51,410 bases of DNA. It comes from Phycisphaerae bacterium (lineage in GTDB: Bacteria > Planctomycetota > Phycisphaerae > UBA1845). The stretch spans positions 1-51,410 of the forward strand of contig JBMYUM010000001.1 of the NCBI GenBank assembly GCA_049605375.1, written 5' to 3'. The position numbers were made by a program, and so were the translations under genes. Shown one piece after another: positions 24,526-33,665 of the stretch. Within the stretch, counting starts at the first letter, position 1; every line of letters starts with the position of its first letter. The notes under the pieces were generated by a model. That model was not told the DNA's origin. It searched no databases and saw only the letters and a list, made by a program, of their open reading frames with translations.

Positions 24526-24647
24526 TTGAGTAACGGTCGCAATTTCGGTGGAAGTATGCCACGCGCGTGGCACTCAGTAAGGCAAAAACGGGCCTCACGA
24601 TATCGTAAACGCCGATTCTGGCGGTCAGGTGACGGGCGATTCCATGG

Positions 24648-25316
24648 ATGGCAAAGCGGCGCACCACGAGCAAAAGAGCAAAGGGCACACGTCGAAAGCC
24701 CGAAAACGACCTGGAAACCCTGCTGCAGAAGCATTCCGCCGGGGAAAAGCTGTCGCAAGCGGAGCAGCGGCGAGTCGCGAAATTCCGGCGGGAAGTGATG
24801 CCCGACCTGGTCTTCGAGTACCTGAAGCAACTCCCAAAGGGTGACTACGAGAGTGTGACCGGGCGGGATCGGCGGATGCTCGATGCCCAGGCGCACCGAT
24901 GGGGGCTACCGCTGTCCGGCGAGACGCTCGATGTAGTTGCGATTCTCCGGGCATTTCACGACTTCGTGGGCGAGCATGCCAAGACGATTCGTGCGGCCGA
25001 GCGTGTGAAAGTCGACACCAAGGACGTTTCGAAAGCCAAACTGCGGCTTTACCTGGCCAAAGCCAAGCGGGAGGAACTCGCCTACGAGCGAGATCGGGCG
25101 GCCCTGGTCCCTCTGGATATGGTCGAAGAGGTCTTCATCGAAACGGCCGGCGTGCTTCGTCGCCACGGCGATTGGCTCGGCAAGCGAAAACTCCGCGATG
25201 CCCACCGTGAACACGAACGGACATTGCAAAGCGTGAAGCGGATCGGCCGGCGGCTGTTTGCGAAGCTCGATCCGCACAAGGATGAACCCGACGATGACGC
25301 TGACGGATCGGACTAG
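24648..25316 (+). CDS. terminase small subunit (by position and composition)
   Basis: 222 aa. Very basic N-terminus (MAKRRTTSKRAKGTRRK), helical, acidic tail. Lies immediately upstream of the GpA-type TerL and overlaps it. Confidence 0.6.
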   Translation: MAKRRTTSKRAKGTRRKPENDLETLLQKHSAGEKLSQAEQRRVAKFRREVMPDLVFEYLKQLPKGDYESVTGRDRRMLDAQAHRWGLPLSGETLDVVAILRAFHDFVGEHAKTIRAAERVKVDTKDVSKAKLRLYLAKAKREELAYERDRAALVPLDMVEEVFIETAGVLRRHGDWLGKRKLRDAHREHERTLQSVKRIGRRLFAKLDPHKDEPDDDADGSD

Positions 25317-27348
25317 AGAGCCTTGCGGATGCGGTTCCGGTGAGGAATACCGGTGGTGCCACGGTCACGTGGGGTTCCATCGGATCTTCGATCGGTTCGT
25401 GGAACTGGCGCGATCCCCGGAAGTACGCAGCATGCTCGAGTTCGCATGCGAGGAAATTGTCATTCCCGACGGCCCGTTCAAGGGCATGAAATTTGATCCC
25501 GAGAAGCAGCCCTACACCAAGCTGTGGTTCGATGCAGTGGATTCCGGAAAATGGCGTCGATTCGTCGTGACTGCACCCAGCCAGAGCGGGAAGACGCTTT
25601 GTGCATTCGTCATTCCGATCCTCTACCACCTGTTTGAGATGGGCGAGACGGTGATCTGCGGCATCCCGGATATGAGCATGGCGGGCGACAAGTGGTTCCA
25701 GGACCTGCTGCCGGTGATCAAATCGACGCGGTACGCGAAACACCTGCCTGCCAAAGGCGGTGGAAGCAAGGGCGGTAAGGTGACCGCCATCCGGTTTACC
25801 AACGGCGCGACGCTTCGATTCATGTCCGGCGGTGGTGGCGACAAGTCGCGTGCCGGCTACACCGCACGCGTCCTGGTCATCACCGAGACTGACGGTATGG
25901 ACACACCGGGCGAAGCTTCGCGCGAAGCCGACAAGATCAGCCAGCTGGAGGCCCGTACGAATTCATATGGTGATGACGCCTTGGTCTTCATGGAGTGCAC
26001 CGTCACGGTCGAAGAAGGCCGGACTTGGAGTGAATACGACACCAACAGCACCCGATCGGAAATCATGGGGCCGTGCCCGTACTGCAAGGAATACGTGTGC
26101 CCGGAACGCGACCACCTGCTCGGCTGGCAGGAGGTCGATTCGATCATTGAGGCCCGCGAGCGTGCAAAATTCCATTGCCCCGATTGCGGACACGCACTGT
26201 CCGAACGTGACCGCGAGCGGATGAACAACAAAGCCAAACTGCTCCACAAGGGCCAAGAGCTGTCTGACAAGGGGAAGATCAGCGGCGATCCGCCGTTAAC
26301 CGACACCTTGGGATTTAGGTGGAGCGGTTTCCACAACTTATTCACGTCGCCCGCGAACCTCGGCGGCGAAGAGTGGCGCGGTTCTCGTGCCGAAGACGAG
26401 GACACGGCCGACAAGCGTCTGCGGCAATTCTACTGGGCGATCCCGTACGTACCGCCACGGCTCGATACCACACCGCTGACCACGGCCGAGATCATCAAAC
26501 GAACCTCGAAGCTGGTGAAGGGTAAGGTACCGGAAGACTGCGACTTCCTGACCTGCGGAATCGACCTGGGCGATCACATGATGCACTACTGTGTGGTTTC
26601 CTGGAGGAAGGACTTCACGGGCCACGTCGTTGACTATGGCATCATTGGAATCCCCAGTGACCACATGGCGGTCGAGAAGGCGATTTTGCTGACGCTGCGA
26701 GAGTTCCGGGAGACCGTATTGAGTGGGTGGGCCTGGAGTGAAAGAAACCGCGTACCTGATCAAGTCTGGATCGACGCCGGTCACAAGGGCGACGTCGTCA
26801 AGGCGTTCTGTCGCGAGAAGGAATCATTCAGGCGGTTCATGCCAGTGTACGGTCGATCCTCGGCTCACCGTGACATGAAAGCGTATATGCACCCCGAGAA
26901 GGCTTCAAAGGGGGGAGTTGCCAGGGTCGGCGAGCGGTACTACGTGAAATCCAGCGGCGGGGCATGGGTTATTTTCGTGGACGCGAACCATTGGAAAACC
27001 CGTGTACACCAGGCGTTGCGTACACCTGCCGATTCGCCGGGTGCTTTGACTCTGTTCTGGACAAACGACAGTCGCAAGCTCCATCGCGAATTTGCAAAAC
27101 AGGTCACGGCGGAGAAGAAAGTCGAGGTCTTTGAACCCGGCAAGGGTACCACGATTGCGTGGGAGAAGGTCAGACAGAACAACCACTATTTGGATGTGTC
27201 GTATTACTCGATGGCGGCAGCGCACCTCTGCGGTGCCAGCCTCATTGAACCAGAAACAAGGCCGAAGGAAGAGCCAACGGCGGAGTCGAGCACCGGTATC
27301 ACAATGCCGGATGGCCGGCCGTTTGTCATAACTGAAAGGACGCGATGA
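25282..27348 (+). CDS. terminase large subunit, lambda GpA family, with N-terminal SEC-C-like Cys motif
   Basis: Walker A-like VVTAPSQSGKTL. A GpA-like N-terminal region starts near MLEFACEEIVIPDGPFKGMKFD. Zinc-ribbon CPYCKEYVCPE ... HCPDCGH sits between the ATPase and nuclease parts, as in GpA. Start is ambiguous: ATG 25282, 25294 or 25432. Confidence 0.9.
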   Translation: MNPTMTLTDRTREPCGCGSGEEYRWCHGHVGFHRIFDRFVELARSPEVRSMLEFACEEIVIPDGPFKGMKFDPEKQPYTKLWFDAVDSGKWRRFVVTAPSQSGKTLCAFVIPILYHLFEMGETVICGIPDMSMAGDKWFQDLLPVIKSTRYAKHLPAKGGGSKGGKVTAIRFTNGATLRFMSGGGGDKSRAGYTARVLVITETDGMDTPGEASREADKISQLEARTNSYGDDALVFMECTVTVEEGRTWSEYDTNSTRSEIMGPCPYCKEYVCPERDHLLGWQEVDSIIEARERAKFHCPDCGHALSERDRERMNNKAKLLHKGQELSDKGKISGDPPLTDTLGFRWSGFHNLFTSPANLGGEEWRGSRAEDEDTADKRLRQFYWAIPYVPPRLDTTPLTTAEIIKRTSKLVKGKVPEDCDFLTCGIDLGDHMMHYCVVSWRKDFTGHVVDYGIIGIPSDHMAVEKAILLTLREFRETVLSGWAWSERNRVPDQVWIDAGHKGDVVKAFCREKESFRRFMPVYGRSSAHRDMKAYMHPEKASKGGVARVGERYYVKSSGGAWVIFVDANHWKTRVHQALRTPADSPGALTLFWTNDSRKLHREFAKQVTAEKKVEVFEPGKGTTIAWEKVRQNNHYLDVSYYSMAAAHLCGASLIEPETRPKEEPTAESSTGITMPDGRPFVITERTR

Positions 27349-27623
27349 TGGCGAAGAAACGACAAGACGAAGCGGAGGATGTCAAGTTTTCACTCTCATT
27401 GCCCGTAGAGCCTCCTAGTGAGACATCTTACAGTGCAACGGGAAGATTCCATGTGGACATTCGGCTTGGGCCCGAGGAATCACGCGTTCTGGCGGCCGTT
27501 CAGCAAGGACTCAATCGAAATGCGGCTCGCCTGACGAATGGACGCTTTGTCCAATCCCGTAGCGATGCGATCAGGTTTCTACTGCAGGAGATGGCCTCGC
27601 AGTACCCATCGAAAAATGTATGA
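27345..27623 (+). CDS. small protein, possible ribbon-helix-helix/CopG-like C-terminus
   Basis: 92 aa. ATGATG overlap with the TerL stop. SRSDAIRFLLQEMASQY resembles the second helix of RHH regulators; this is weak. One 60-nt line gives about 52 percent GC. Confidence 0.45.
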   Translation: MMAKKRQDEAEDVKFSLSLPVEPPSETSYSATGRFHVDIRLGPEESRVLAAVQQGLNRNAARLTNGRFVQSRSDAIRFLLQEMASQYPSKNV

Positions 27624-27671
27624 TGATGCCAAGAAGGAAATGGCATCAATCGGTCTACGGGATGGGAAAGA

Positions 27672-29060
27672 ATGTCCAGCATCTGGAGCACGCCGCTTAA
27701 TTCATTGACTTATGAAGACGTTCGTTGCTTCTGCGGCAAACGACTTCGCGAGAATCTGACTCTGGAATACAAAGAACGGTTTTCCGACGGGGGCGAGAAA
27801 GTCGCCAGGGAAGTCGCAGCTTTTGCAAACACACTTGGCGGGACGATCATTTATGGCGTGGTCGACAAGAATGGCAAGCCTGCTAAGGATTCGAATGGTG
27901 TGGATCTAAAGGAGAGCGATCATGACGCGATCGTGAGTGCGTGCCATTGCCATATTAGTCCTCCAGTCCAGGTGGAGGTGTCAGGCTTACTAAGCAACCC
28001 GGACGATCCTTCGGAATCCTTTATGGTGGTACGCGTGCCTGCAAGTCCAGAGCTGCATTTGGTCGAGGGCAAAGCTGGAATCTACGTACGGCAGGAGGAT
28101 CATTCGGAAGCATCAAGGGCTACAATTGATGTTATTTCCGCACTCATGGGAAAACGAAAGGACGTCATTAGCCAACAGGAAAAGCGAAGAGACGATGCCG
28201 CGGAGCGATTGAGAATGCCGGTCACTCATGAGATCGTAGTTCCCTCAGGCAGCAAATCTTGTTTCCTATCCTTGATGTTCGGTCCAAGGCTCGCATTCTC
28301 ACCCCTTTGCCGGAATGACGAACTCCGAGATCGACGCGAAGAGTATTGCGCCCAATTGACTTGGCGGGATGCGCGTTTGGGCTCGGGCACGTCATGTGCG
28401 CCATTTATGGCTGGGATGCCCGTATTAGGGATGGTTGACGGCATCTACGGGGTTAATCGAAATAGTCAATCGTCTGGGTCAGTTGACCGCTACGGTAATT
28501 TGGTCACTTTCTGTCATGTATTGTCCCCAATCAATAACCACGACGCACAACTTGGTAGATTGAACGATCATCGTGGACACGCTCTTGATGAGAATGGAAA
28601 TCTAGTCGGCGTGCATGCAATCAAGATCGGATTGCAAATCCTCGTGGCATTTCAAGCGATGCAAAAGATGATCACGACATTTCCCTATGTGGGCGAACTT
28701 CAACTGAAAGTTGTCGTTGAAGGCACACGCCATTTGCCCTTAGTTGGCACCAGAGCGCCGAGTGGTATGCATCCAATTATTGCAAGTAGCTTCAATGACG
28801 ATTGGGTTTCCGCTTCTATCAGCGTGCCAAGCGACGCTCTACGATCCTACGAACAGTTTGAACCATATTTTCGAGAGATCTTCACGAACATTCTCTGGTC
28901 TTGGGGCTGCACGAATTCCCAAGAGCTGGACGACGCCTTTTACGCCAACGAGTTCGCTTGTTTCGGCCGTGACACCTGTCGTTGCAAAAACCATAGCAAG
29001 CCCCGCAACCGCGAAAAGTGCTACTTCTGCGAAAAGGCCGAACATGAAGGAAAGTCGTAG
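27672..29060 (+). CDS. AlbA_2 (Schlafen-type) domain protein with uncharacterised C-terminal region
   Basis: 462 aa. The N-terminal pattern ENLTLEYKERF ... REVAAFANTLGGTIIYGVVDKNG ... FMVVRVPASPE matches the AlbA_2 / divergent-AAA_4 domain. About 300 aa follow with no motif I recognise. Ends with CFGRDTCRCKNHSKPRNREKCYFCEKAEH. Two 60-nt lines give 43-47 percent GC. Confidence 0.7.
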   Translation: MSSIWSTPLNSLTYEDVRCFCGKRLRENLTLEYKERFSDGGEKVAREVAAFANTLGGTIIYGVVDKNGKPAKDSNGVDLKESDHDAIVSACHCHISPPVQVEVSGLLSNPDDPSESFMVVRVPASPELHLVEGKAGIYVRQEDHSEASRATIDVISALMGKRKDVISQQEKRRDDAAERLRMPVTHEIVVPSGSKSCFLSLMFGPRLAFSPLCRNDELRDRREEYCAQLTWRDARLGSGTSCAPFMAGMPVLGMVDGIYGVNRNSQSSGSVDRYGNLVTFCHVLSPINNHDAQLGRLNDHRGHALDENGNLVGVHAIKIGLQILVAFQAMQKMITTFPYVGELQLKVVVEGTRHLPLVGTRAPSGMHPIIASSFNDDWVSASISVPSDALRSYEQFEPYFREIFTNILWSWGCTNSQELDDAFYANEFACFGRDTCRCKNHSKPRNREKCYFCEKAEHEGKS

Positions 29061-29298
29061 GTGCTCGTGCATCATCGCAAAGCATATCCGTTTTTCCAGG
29101 GAATCCGGCACGCGTGCACTCCGGGGATCCTAAACTTCGCACTCCCGTTCGCGATGTTGGCACGGGCACGTGGGTAGCCTTGGGGCGTGAACCAGAATGT
29201 TGTGACCTCAATGCCATTGACTATCTTCATTCGTGAACCTTGCGTTAACTGGATGCAGATAAGTGGAAGTCAGCAGACGTAGCGATCGAGGCGCAATG

Positions 29299-29835
29299 CT
29301 ATGGCTGGTTGGCAGCAGCCCATAGGTAAGGACAAGCTATTGCCAGCCCAGCTACGAATTCGAAGAGCGACATGATGAGCATCGTCGAGAAAAGGACGAT
29401 TGACCCCCGGAACCAAGTTGTTTGCTTCGGATTTGGGGTATGCCACATATTGTGGTCTAGCTCATTCGAATCCGGATACTTCCACTGTCCATCGAGTGCA
29501 CCAAATTCGGTTAGAATATTGGTAATCACTGGGTTGAATACATTGCGGCAATCGTGATCGACTCTGGCGATGTACCACCAAATGAAGCCCAAAAGGCTTG
29601 CAAATATCAAGATCAACCCTGCTGCCATTTTCCGGAAAATCTCGTCGTGATCGGGCATCGAATTCTTATTGAAGAACACATAGAGGCTGGCGCCTCCGAC
29701 GAAGGCCTGCGTTGTCCAGAAGGCAGTCCATCGCCGATACATCAGGTCGTCGGCATGCTTCCACTTATCCCATAGAACTCTTAGCAACCCTGCTTTTTCG
29801 CGTTTGCATAGTTTTTTCAGTTCGTACACGTCCAT
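29299..29835 (-). CDS. multi-pass membrane protein (convergent with the AlbA_2 gene)
   Basis: 178 aa. ATG follows GGGGGA. Four hydrophobic segments: WTTQAFVGGASLYVFF, AAGLILIFASLLGFIWWYIA, IVLFSTMLIMSLFEFVAGLAIA, and possibly a further one. AT-richer than its surroundings. Confidence 0.6.
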   Translation of the reverse strand: MDVYELKKLCKREKAGLLRVLWDKWKHADDLMYRRWTAFWTTQAFVGGASLYVFFNKNSMPDHDEIFRKMAAGLILIFASLLGFIWWYIARVDHDCRNVFNPVITNILTEFGALDGQWKYPDSNELDHNMWHTPNPKQTTWFRGSIVLFSTMLIMSLFEFVAGLAIACPYLWAAANQP

Positions 29836-29932
29836 TTGGTTCCCCCGAGCGTTAGTAATGATCGTTTCCTTCTAGGTGGGCATTTTATCACATTTGTCCA
29901 ATGAATCCGAACCTCGGGCGCTCCGGGCGCCC

Positions 29933-29962
29933 TTGACGCCGATATCTCGCCTGTGATATCTC
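29933..29962 (+). promoter_or_regulatory. sigma70-like promoter candidate restarting the head operon
   Basis: TTGACG (29933-29938), then TG-A-TATCTC (29954-29962) after an 18-nt spacer. GATATCTC is directly repeated (29941 and 29955). The hairpin GGGCGC/GCGCCC lies just upstream. The ATG at 29970 has no clear RBS. Confidence 0.25.
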
Positions 29963-29969
29963 CCCCGGC

Positions 29970-30251
29970 ATGGCCCTGACTGCGACCAGCACTGATGCCG
30001 AGATCTACGAGGCTTACGTGATGAATTCCTCGTATGAACGGAGCGGATCCATCAATGAGGCGCATGATTTCATTCAGGCGTCCCGCATTCTCTTGGTGCG
30101 GCGCCCCAAACGCGTGAAGCAGGGCGAGCAGGAGATTGACATCGACCTGACGCTTATTCCCGCAGAGATCAAAGCCGCTCGGCAGTGGATCGCGGTGAAC
30201 GACACGGGGGGGGGCGTGAGTTACGCAAGCTGTCAGTTCTTTCGAGACTGA
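29970..30251 (+). CDS. small head-completion/gpW-position protein
   Basis: 93 aa, immediately upstream of the portal, as gpW is in lambda. No motif recognised. Confidence 0.45.
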   Translation: MALTATSTDAEIYEAYVMNSSYERSGSINEAHDFIQASRILLVRRPKRVKQGEQEIDIDLTLIPAEIKAARQWIAVNDTGGGVSYASCQFFRD

Positions 30252-30289
30252 TGTCAGACAATTCGGTTCCAGACGGGGGTTGAGCACGG

Positions 30290-31849
30290 ATGCTCGCGGC
30301 CTTCAAAGCACTCATGGGCGTCTTTCAAGGTATGTCCGCAGACTATAAGGCTGCGGAAACCAACCGGAATGTGCGCCAGCCTCGCGGCTTGCCAAATAGT
30401 GGTGCCTCGGCCGATTGGCATTACCGCCGAGACCGTGATCTTCTGATCATGATGGAGCGATGCCGGCACCTCGACCGGGACGATGGGCTGATCGGTCAAG
30501 GCGTTGATCGAGCCGTCGCCAACACGGTCCAGGATGGATTTGCTCTCGATCCGAACACCGGAGACGAAAAGGTCAACAAGGACCTATCGGAACGGTGGAT
30601 CGATTGGTCCACGGATCCCCGACAGGTTGATCTTGCCGCCGAACTCAACTTCCACGACATGGAAGAAAAGGTGCTCCGCCACCGCTTTATCGATGGCGAC
30701 CATTTGGCCTTATGCAATCAGTCGGGTGCCTTGGAACTGGTCGAAGCGCATCGGATGCGCACCCCCAGATCTGAACAAGCGAACATCGTGCATGGCGTAG
30801 AGTTGGGCCCGGATCGAAAGCGTGTCGCATTCTGGCTGACGCGTGATGAGATCAATCCCCATTCGCCGCATCCCAAGACGACAGAAATGATTCGCGTGCC
30901 GGCGTACGATGGCGACCTGCGGGTTGCATTGCAAATCTACGATCCGAAGCGGGCGTCGCAGTCGCGAGGTGTTTCGGTACTCACGCCGGTGTTCGACATC
31001 ATCCAGATGTTTGATGACACGAATTTTGCGCGATTGGTGCAGCAACGAATTATCTCGGCGGTGGGGTTAGCGGTGACGCGCGAACTCGGATTCGAGGTGC
31101 CAAATGATTCGAACATCGGTGAAGAGTCGACTGAAGTAGGCCCCGATGGCAAACAACGGAAGATTACGCAGATGTCGCCCGGGGCCATTTACCGTGGCAA
31201 CCCCGGAGAAAAACTCGAAGTCCTATCGCCGAACGTCCCCGCACCGACGTATTTCGACTTTGCAAAAATGCAACTGACCATCGTCAGTGTGAATCTCGGA
31301 ATGCCGCTTCAAGTTCTCCTTCTGGATCCCAGCCAAACGAATTTCTCGGGTTGGCGAGGCGCCATCGACCAGGCTCGCATGGGGTTTCGGCGTAACCAGG
31401 GCTGGCTCAGGTCGAAGTTTCACGTGCCGGTCTATTTCTGGAAGGTGCAGCAATGGATGGACGAAGACCCGGTGCTTCGACGTGCTGCCGAGAGAAGCAA
31501 CATCAGGATTCGCAAGCACCGATGGAACGTGCCTTCGTGGCCATATATCGAGCCCCTTAAGGATGCCAACGCCGACCTGGTCCGCCTGAAGAACGGTCTG
31601 GTGTCTCCGCGCCGATTGCATGCCGAACGCGGTCGCGATTGGGATGACGTCTACGACGAGACGATCGAAGACAACGCCAGAGCCATTCAGGCTGCCATGG
31701 CGCGAGCCGTCCAGATCAATGACGAGGGGAATCCTGAGACGATTGGATGGCGTGATTTGCTTCCGAAACCAGCTGCCGAGGGTGCCCAGTCGGCGCCGCC
31801 GAATGATGATGCGCCCGCTCGAAAGGAAGATGATGCCGAAGACGAGTAG
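30290..31849 (+). CDS. portal protein, lambda family
   Basis: 519 aa. Position TerL - portal - S49 protease. Size, acidic C-terminus and conserved-looking core are consistent with lambda gpB-type portals. Family call is by pattern and synteny. Confidence 0.8.
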   Translation: MLAAFKALMGVFQGMSADYKAAETNRNVRQPRGLPNSGASADWHYRRDRDLLIMMERCRHLDRDDGLIGQGVDRAVANTVQDGFALDPNTGDEKVNKDLSERWIDWSTDPRQVDLAAELNFHDMEEKVLRHRFIDGDHLALCNQSGALELVEAHRMRTPRSEQANIVHGVELGPDRKRVAFWLTRDEINPHSPHPKTTEMIRVPAYDGDLRVALQIYDPKRASQSRGVSVLTPVFDIIQMFDDTNFARLVQQRIISAVGLAVTRELGFEVPNDSNIGEESTEVGPDGKQRKITQMSPGAIYRGNPGEKLEVLSPNVPAPTYFDFAKMQLTIVSVNLGMPLQVLLLDPSQTNFSGWRGAIDQARMGFRRNQGWLRSKFHVPVYFWKVQQWMDEDPVLRRAAERSNIRIRKHRWNVPSWPYIEPLKDANADLVRLKNGLVSPRRLHAERGRDWDDVYDETIEDNARAIQAAMARAVQINDEGNPETIGWRDLLPKPAAEGAQSAPPNDDAPARKEDDAEDE

Positions 31850-33170
31850 CACAACCTGCGCCAACATCAAAACCGAGATCGAGAAGCGCGGCCTGAAGCA
31901 CCTGGAACAGTACGCCGGTGCATGGGCAATTTACCCCCAGCACTTTAAAGCGATGTCGAGCCACATTCGTAGCGTTGACATCATCGCGCACGTGGACGCG
32001 CAGTCGGAGCTTCCCGGCGATAGTCGGTCGGCGGCCGATTCAACCTACGACGTCGAAGACGGTATCGCATTCATTGACGTTGTGGGTGTGTTCACCAAAT
32101 ACGGTTCGAGCTTTTCATCGATGCGTTACGGATCGCGCGGCATTCGTCGCCAAATTCGCAATGCGACGAATGACAGCAAGGTTCGGGGCATCATGCTCCG
32201 TTTCGATTCGCCCGGTGGAGCCGTTGCCGGCACCAGCGACCTGGCGGCCGATGTCAAACGTGCCGCTGAAGTGAAACCGGTTTACGGCTTCATTGAGGAT
32301 ATGGGCGCGTCGGCTGCCTACTACGTGGCCAGCCAATGCACCAAGCTCTACTGCAACACGGACGCGATTGTCGGTTCGATCGGCGTGCTCCTGATGGTCG
32401 AAGACTGGTCGGGTTTCTTTGCCGAGCAGGGCGTCAAGGTTCACGCCATTGCCACTGGTCCATACAAGGCCGCTGGTGCCTTCGGTACCGAGCTCACGGA
32501 CGAGCATAAGGCCGAACTACAGCGAAGCGTGGACGAGACGTTCGAGCCGTTTGCCCAAGCTGTGGCAGACGGACGCGGAATGACTCGCGAACGCGTTGCA
32601 GAGGTCGGAGATGGCCGCGTGTTCGTTGGAGACAATGCCAAGCGCGAAGGCTTGATCGACGAGGTCGCGAGTTTCGATACGGCCGTGGCGGACCTGCGGC
32701 AGCAAACCCATAAGAGTTCACGAAGGGAGACTTCCATGACAACAGAGCAAGTGACAACGCCGGCGGAACCGCCTAAGCCCAAGGCCGCCACCATCCAGGA
32801 GCTCAAGGCTGCATTCGAGGGCGGGGATGCGGAGTTTCGGGAGGCGTGCCTTGAGAAAGAGATGACGCTTTCCGAGGCAAAAGATGTCTGGATCAAAAAG
32901 CTGACCGGCAAGAACAAAGAACTCGGCGAACGTGTCGCTGAGCTCGAAGGGAAGATCACCGACCTCGAAAAACAGGTTGCCAGCAAACCGCGAGGCGTGG
33001 CAACGGTTGGCACTCGAAACCTTGCGGCCGGCGAGGGGACTGCGACGGCCGAAGTCGAGCGTCGGATCGCCGAACGCATGAAGCAGAACGAGTCCCGACA
33101 CGACGCACACAAGGCAGTGATGCTAGAGGATCCTGAACTTCAAAAGGCGTACCGCGCCGAAGTGGATTAG
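31803..33170 (+). CDS. S49-family prohead protease fused to scaffold-like C-terminal domain (lambda gpC/Nu3 arrangement)
   Basis: GIMLRFDSPGGAVAG and GFIEDMGASAAYYVASQC (catalytic Ser context) and GSIGVLL fit the SppA/S49 fold. The C-terminal approximately 150 aa are a charged coiled coil (ELGERVAELEGKITDLEKQ). Start is among ATGs 31803-31833, overlapping the portal end. Confidence 0.85.
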   Translation: MMMRPLERKMMPKTSSTTCANIKTEIEKRGLKHLEQYAGAWAIYPQHFKAMSSHIRSVDIIAHVDAQSELPGDSRSAADSTYDVEDGIAFIDVVGVFTKYGSSFSSMRYGSRGIRRQIRNATNDSKVRGIMLRFDSPGGAVAGTSDLAADVKRAAEVKPVYGFIEDMGASAAYYVASQCTKLYCNTDAIVGSIGVLLMVEDWSGFFAEQGVKVHAIATGPYKAAGAFGTELTDEHKAELQRSVDETFEPFAQAVADGRGMTRERVAEVGDGRVFVGDNAKREGLIDEVASFDTAVADLRQQTHKSSRRETSMTTEQVTTPAEPPKPKAATIQELKAAFEGGDAEFREACLEKEMTLSEAKDVWIKKLTGKNKELGERVAELEGKITDLEKQVASKPRGVATVGTRNLAAGEGTATAEVERRIAERMKQNESRHDAHKAVMLEDPELQKAYRAEVD

Positions 33171-33240
33171 TTGATTATACCAACACCGGTTTCCCTATGA
33201 CCCGTTTGTGATGGGTTGCATTCCATAACGGAGAAGAATC

Positions 33241-33603
33241 ATGAGTCAATTCGTGGAAGGACCCACGAGGACGTTCCGAGCATCGGCGGCGATCGGTCGC
33301 TACCTCCGCGTGAAGATGACCGCCGGCAAGGTGGCTCTGGCCGGCGTTGGCGCGACGGATGAGCCCGCGGAACTCGGCACCATGGAAATGGCGGCCTTCG
33401 CGGCCGACGAGTTGGTTTCCGTGCGCCTGCGAAACGCTCCTGGCACCGTGAAGATGGTTGCATCGGGTGCGATCACGCAGGGGGCGGCCGTTTTCGGTGC
33501 TGCCGCTGGGAAGATCTCGGCTTCGACGAGCGGTGCGGCCATTGGTCGCGCACTTGAGGCAGCCAGTGCGGATGGAGATGTGATCGAGGTACTCCGCTTC
33601 TAG
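33241..33603 (+). CDS. DUF2190-type head decoration/cement protein
   Basis: 120 aa. YLRVKMTAGKVALAG ... ELGTMEMAAFAADELVSVRL ... GAITQGAAVFGAAAGKIS ... IGRALEAASADGDVIEVLRF is the classic DUF2190 pattern. Confidence 0.7.
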   Translation: MSQFVEGPTRTFRASAAIGRYLRVKMTAGKVALAGVGATDEPAELGTMEMAAFAADELVSVRLRNAPGTVKMVASGAITQGAAVFGAAAGKISASTSGAAIGRALEAASADGDVIEVLRF

Positions 33604-33665
33604 GCACCTGGATCCGTTACGTCGATTAACAACGCGGATGGACAAATCGGAAAGGAGTCCTGACC

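Noticed and set aside
24087-24896. 269-aa minus-strand ORF spanning the TM-protein gene, the cos-like gap and the TerS start
   Set aside because: It crosses an obvious intergenic region with homopolymer runs and is Arg/Pro-rich. The plus-strand genes have better context.
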